A stretch of DNA of 1,183 nt. It comes from Naegleria gruberi (lineage: Eukaryota). The notes beneath the pieces are model-generated. The model was not told the origin of the DNA. It did not search any database and was given only the letters and a program-made list of their open reading frames with translations. Each line of letters starts with the position of its first letter. Within the stretch, counting starts at the first letter, position 1. This document shows positions 1 through 1,183 of the stretch, one piece after another. The stretch lies in the NCBI GenBank assembly GCA_000004985.1, contig GG739516.1; one strand, written 5' to 3'. A program made the position numbers and the translations under genes.

Positions 1-66
1 ACTACAAATAATAATAATGCAACACCATCAAGCAACGCGTACCAACCAACAAGAAATCGCTTATGA
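1..66 (+). CDS. Possible 3' end (last 21 codons, ...TTNNNNATPSSNAYQPTRNRL*) of a plus-strand gene entering from the left edge. Stop TGA at 64..66.
   Basis: Frame 1 is open from the window edge to TGA 64..66. Frame 2 is also open to TAG 77..79. No minus-strand frame here can contain a start, since all three hit stops by position ~73 and the only open one has no ATG. The Asn run NNNN is typical of yeast low-complexity tails. The fragment is too short to validate by codon usage, so this is weak. Confidence 0.25.
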   Translation, partial: TTNNNNATPSSNAYQPTRNRL

Positions 67-91
67 AGGTTTCACCTAGGTGAAACCTTCA
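64..91. repeat. 28-bp perfect palindrome TGAAGGTTTCACC-TAGG-TGAAACCTTCA with central CCTAGG. It can form a 12-13 bp perfect-stem hairpin as RNA or a cruciform as DNA.
   Basis: Verified base by base: 64..77 is the exact reverse complement of 78..91, and the flanks 63/92 break the symmetry. It overlaps the candidate stop codons TGA 64..66 and TAG 77..79. Confidence 0.9.
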
Positions 92-291
92 CTAACAACG
101 CTACGTTCCTCTTGGGAATGCTGAGGATGATGGTAAACCATCAACCTACCAAACAACATCCAAAAACAACTTTCTCTTTGAGAGAGGGGTTTTAGGACAC
201 ACAAGAGGGACACAATGTTGTTTTCATGTTGACAATTTTTTTAATATTTATTTTTAGAATATATTACCGCACCAGCAAGGATCAGTATCGA

Positions 292-316
292 TCTTTTGCT
301 GTTTTTTTTGTTTTTG
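292..316. promoter_or_regulatory. Long oligo(dT) tract on the plus strand (oligo(dA) on minus): TCTTTTGCTGTTTTTTTTGTTTTTG. Poly(dA:dT)-type nucleosome-disfavouring element.
   Basis: Seen in the sequence: 8 T then 5 T, separated by a single G, inside a T-rich 25-mer. In yeast such tracts mark nucleosome-depleted regions at promoters, terminators and ARSs. Its function here is inferred, not shown. Confidence 0.35.
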
Positions 317-393
317 AAATTGATCATTTTCAAAGACCTGTTTTTTGTAAATTGAGGACCTTTGCGATTTTTTCAACAGTCAGTTTGTTTTCA

Positions 394-421
394 TTTTTAA
401 TCGAGGTACCTCGAATCAAAA
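394..421. repeat. Perfect 14-bp palindrome TCGAGGTACCTCGA (401..414, GGTACC core) inside an imperfect ~28-bp inverted repeat TTTTTAA-TCGAGGTACCTCGA-ATCAAAAA. The extension has 2 mismatched pairs.
   Basis: Verified base by base. The 14-bp core is perfect. The extension pairs 399/416, 397/418, 396/419, 395/420 and 394/421, with mismatches at 400/415 and 398/417. Confidence 0.85.
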
Positions 422-575
422 AGAAACACCATCAGAGTTTATACGGGTGGAAGCAAAATTGAGGAGATTGATTAATTTACAGTGTTACAAGTTTATGTTA
501 TCATGGTTTGGAGTTGTAATGAAGTGAAAACGGTTGAAAGTGGACTCGTAATTGATCAAGAGGTTGAGTTGTAGA

Positions 576-587
576 GATGATGATGAT
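576..587. repeat. (GAT)4 trinucleotide microsatellite GATGATGATGAT
   Basis: Seen directly. It is short and probably of no function. Confidence 0.8.
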
Positions 588-699
588 CTGGAACAATTTT
601 CAAGGCAGCTAGATCATTATCTATTAAACAAATTTTTTGGTGGGAAAAAACTGTCAAATGTCGTGCGAGTGTGAAGAAAATAGAAAATATCACAAACAG

Positions 700-767
700 C
701 TAAATCTAATAACACAATTCCAACAAATTATTTAAAAAAGTATTTATTCTAAACTAGCATCATCAAA
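700..767 (-). terminator. 3' UTR and polyadenylation signals of the 768..1007 gene. The minus strand downstream of TAA reads TTTGATGATGCTAGTTTAGAATAAATACTTTTTTAAATAATTTGTTGGAATTG. It has AATAAA (plus 743..748) and a T-rich/TTTTTTAAATAA efficiency-like element.
   Basis: AATAAA positioning-element-like hexamer and UA-rich/T-rich elements lie within about 60 nt of the stop codon on the coding strand, consistent with yeast 3'-end formation signals. The exact poly(A) site cannot be determined from sequence. Confidence 0.4.
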
Positions 768-1007
768 TTATTGAGAAGCTTGATAGATCTTGAAACCCCA
801 CCAGATTGACCAGAACCAACCGATCAAGAAATAGGCCAAGATGAATTGGAGAATACCAACAATAATAGCTGGAGTCTTCTTTTCAGCTTCTTGAGTCAAA
901 ACACCGGCAATGACGGTACCCCAACCTGGGAAGAAAATGTTCAAAATCAAAACGATCAAACCCATAGAGGATTCAACCTTTGGAGTGGAGTTGTTAATCA
1001 TGTCCAT
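768..1007 (-). CDS. Small (79 aa) integral membrane protein with two predicted TM helices (aa ~15-37 = nt 897..965; aa ~47-75 = nt 783..869). N-terminal hydrophilic tail MDMINNSTPKVESS; motifs FFPGWGT and IGWFWSIWWG. Possibly Stum/SPEC3-like or TM2-like, family not confirmed.
   Basis: Complete ORF from ATG (1005..1007 on +) to TAA (768..770). An in-frame TAA lies 13 codons upstream (1044..1046), so this is the first ATG. Context CAACAAGATGG has A at -3. Codons are almost all yeast-preferred (TTG, GGT, GTT, ATT, TCC, ACT, CCA, GCT, AAG, GAA, CAA, TTC, ATC), with no CTG, CGN or AGG codons. Two long hydrophobic segments are separated by a charged loop TQEAEKKTP. The leader is A-rich and G-free, with AATAAA downstream of the stop. 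Confidence 0.78.
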   Translation of the reverse strand: MDMINNSTPKVESSMGLIVLILNIFFPGWGTVIAGVLTQEAEKKTPAIIVGILQFILAYFLIGWFWSIWWGFKIYQASQ

Positions 1008-1090
1008 CTTGTTGTATGAAGTAGTTGTGTTGTTTGTTTTTTTTTAACGCAAAAATTTCTCTTCAACTCGCCGCGTTTTTATGAGCCAAT
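1008..1090 (-). promoter_or_regulatory. 5' leader and core promoter of the 768..1007 gene. The minus strand reads ...TCATAAAAACGCGGCGAGTTGAAGAGAAATTTTTGCGTTAAAAAAAAACAAACAACACAACTACTTCATACAACAAG-ATG. It has a TATA-like CATAAAAA (plus 1076..1083) about 75 bp upstream of the ATG, and an A9 tract with a G-free A/C-rich leader (plus 1008..1047).
   Basis: Read directly from the sequence. G-depleted A-rich leaders and TATA-like elements are typical of strongly expressed yeast genes. The TATA assignment is only a 1-mismatch match to TATAWAWR and the TSS is unknown. Confidence 0.4.
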
Positions 1091-1183
1091 GAAGGTCAAA
1101 GTAGTTGAAAAGTTGGCAAGAGTTCAACTGGATGATAAATGGCGGGAAAAAATCACGCAACTCAAAAATGAACGGCAACAGAA

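Noticed and set aside
36-41. ACGCGT (MluI cell-cycle box / MCB core)
   Set aside because: It is a single copy with no second element nearby. It lies inside the putative coding tail of the upstream ORF rather than in a promoter, and a 6-mer is expected by chance.
88-97. CACTAAC immediately after the palindrome, resembling the yeast intron branch point TACTAAC
   Set aside because: It has one mismatch to the canonical UACUAAC. I could find no GTATGT or GTAAGT 5' splice site upstream on this strand in the window, and no YAG acceptor context linking to an exon, so it is most likely coincidental.
120-131. CTGA followed by GGATGATGG (D-box-like and C-box-like motifs), and ATGATGA at 577..583. Possible C/D snoRNA?
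   Set aside because: The order and spacing are wrong for a C/D box snoRNA. A C box (RUGAUGA) should lie near the 5' end and a D box (CUGA) near the 3' end, with a terminal stem. No matching distal box or terminal stem could be found on either strand.
174-188. Small hairpin TCTCT-TTG-AGAGA
   Set aside because: A 5-bp stem is expected by chance many times in 1.2 kb.
100-220. Possible tRNA or other structured RNA gene in the more GC-balanced block
   Set aside because: There is no GTTCRANNC T-loop box B, no TRGCNNAGTGG A box, and no cloverleaf-compatible arrangement visible.
226-462. 78-aa plus-strand ORF from the six-frame track (MLTIFLIFIFRIYYRT...)
   Set aside because: It runs through the oligo(dT) tract and T-rich DNA, giving a Phe/Ile-rich product made largely of TTT/ATT/TTA codons, the opposite of the preferred-codon pattern in the neighbouring real gene. 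The ATG context is poor (T at -3), an out-of-frame A-at-minus-3 ATG lies upstream at 215, and there are no recognisable domains. This is the typical spurious ORF of AT-rich intergenic DNA.
489-507. Second ARS-consensus-like match GTTTATGTTAT
   Set aside because: It is only a 9/11 match, and such matches are abundant by chance in AT-rich sequence.

Overview
This window looks like nuclear DNA from a budding yeast (Saccharomycotina). The evidence is AT-rich intergenic DNA, a strongly yeast-biased codon set in the one convincing gene, an A-rich G-free leader with A at -3 of the ATG, and AATAAA/T-rich 3' signals. The one well-supported gene is a 79-aa protein on the minus strand (768..1007) with two predicted transmembrane helices and a PGWGT...GWFWSIWWG motif pair. 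From memory this most resembles the Stum/SPEC3 and TM2 two-helix families, and is distinct from Pmp3/UPF0057. The other 1-767 bp appears non-coding apart from a possible 21-codon C-terminal fragment of a plus-strand gene ending at 64-66. That stretch holds a 28-bp perfect palindrome at 64..91, which is statistically extreme. It also holds a second perfect 14-bp palindrome at 401..414 with an imperfect extension to about 28 bp, a long oligo(dT) tract and a 46-nt G-free CA-rich stretch. The 78-aa plus-strand ORF at 226..462 is judged spurious. An open plus-strand frame starts at 1089 and runs off the right edge, but it has poor codon usage and sits only 81 bp from the divergent ATG. There are no tRNA, rRNA, CRISPR or obvious transposon signatures. 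The most interesting items are the small membrane protein and the unexplained long palindromes in the roughly 700-bp 3' intergenic region.
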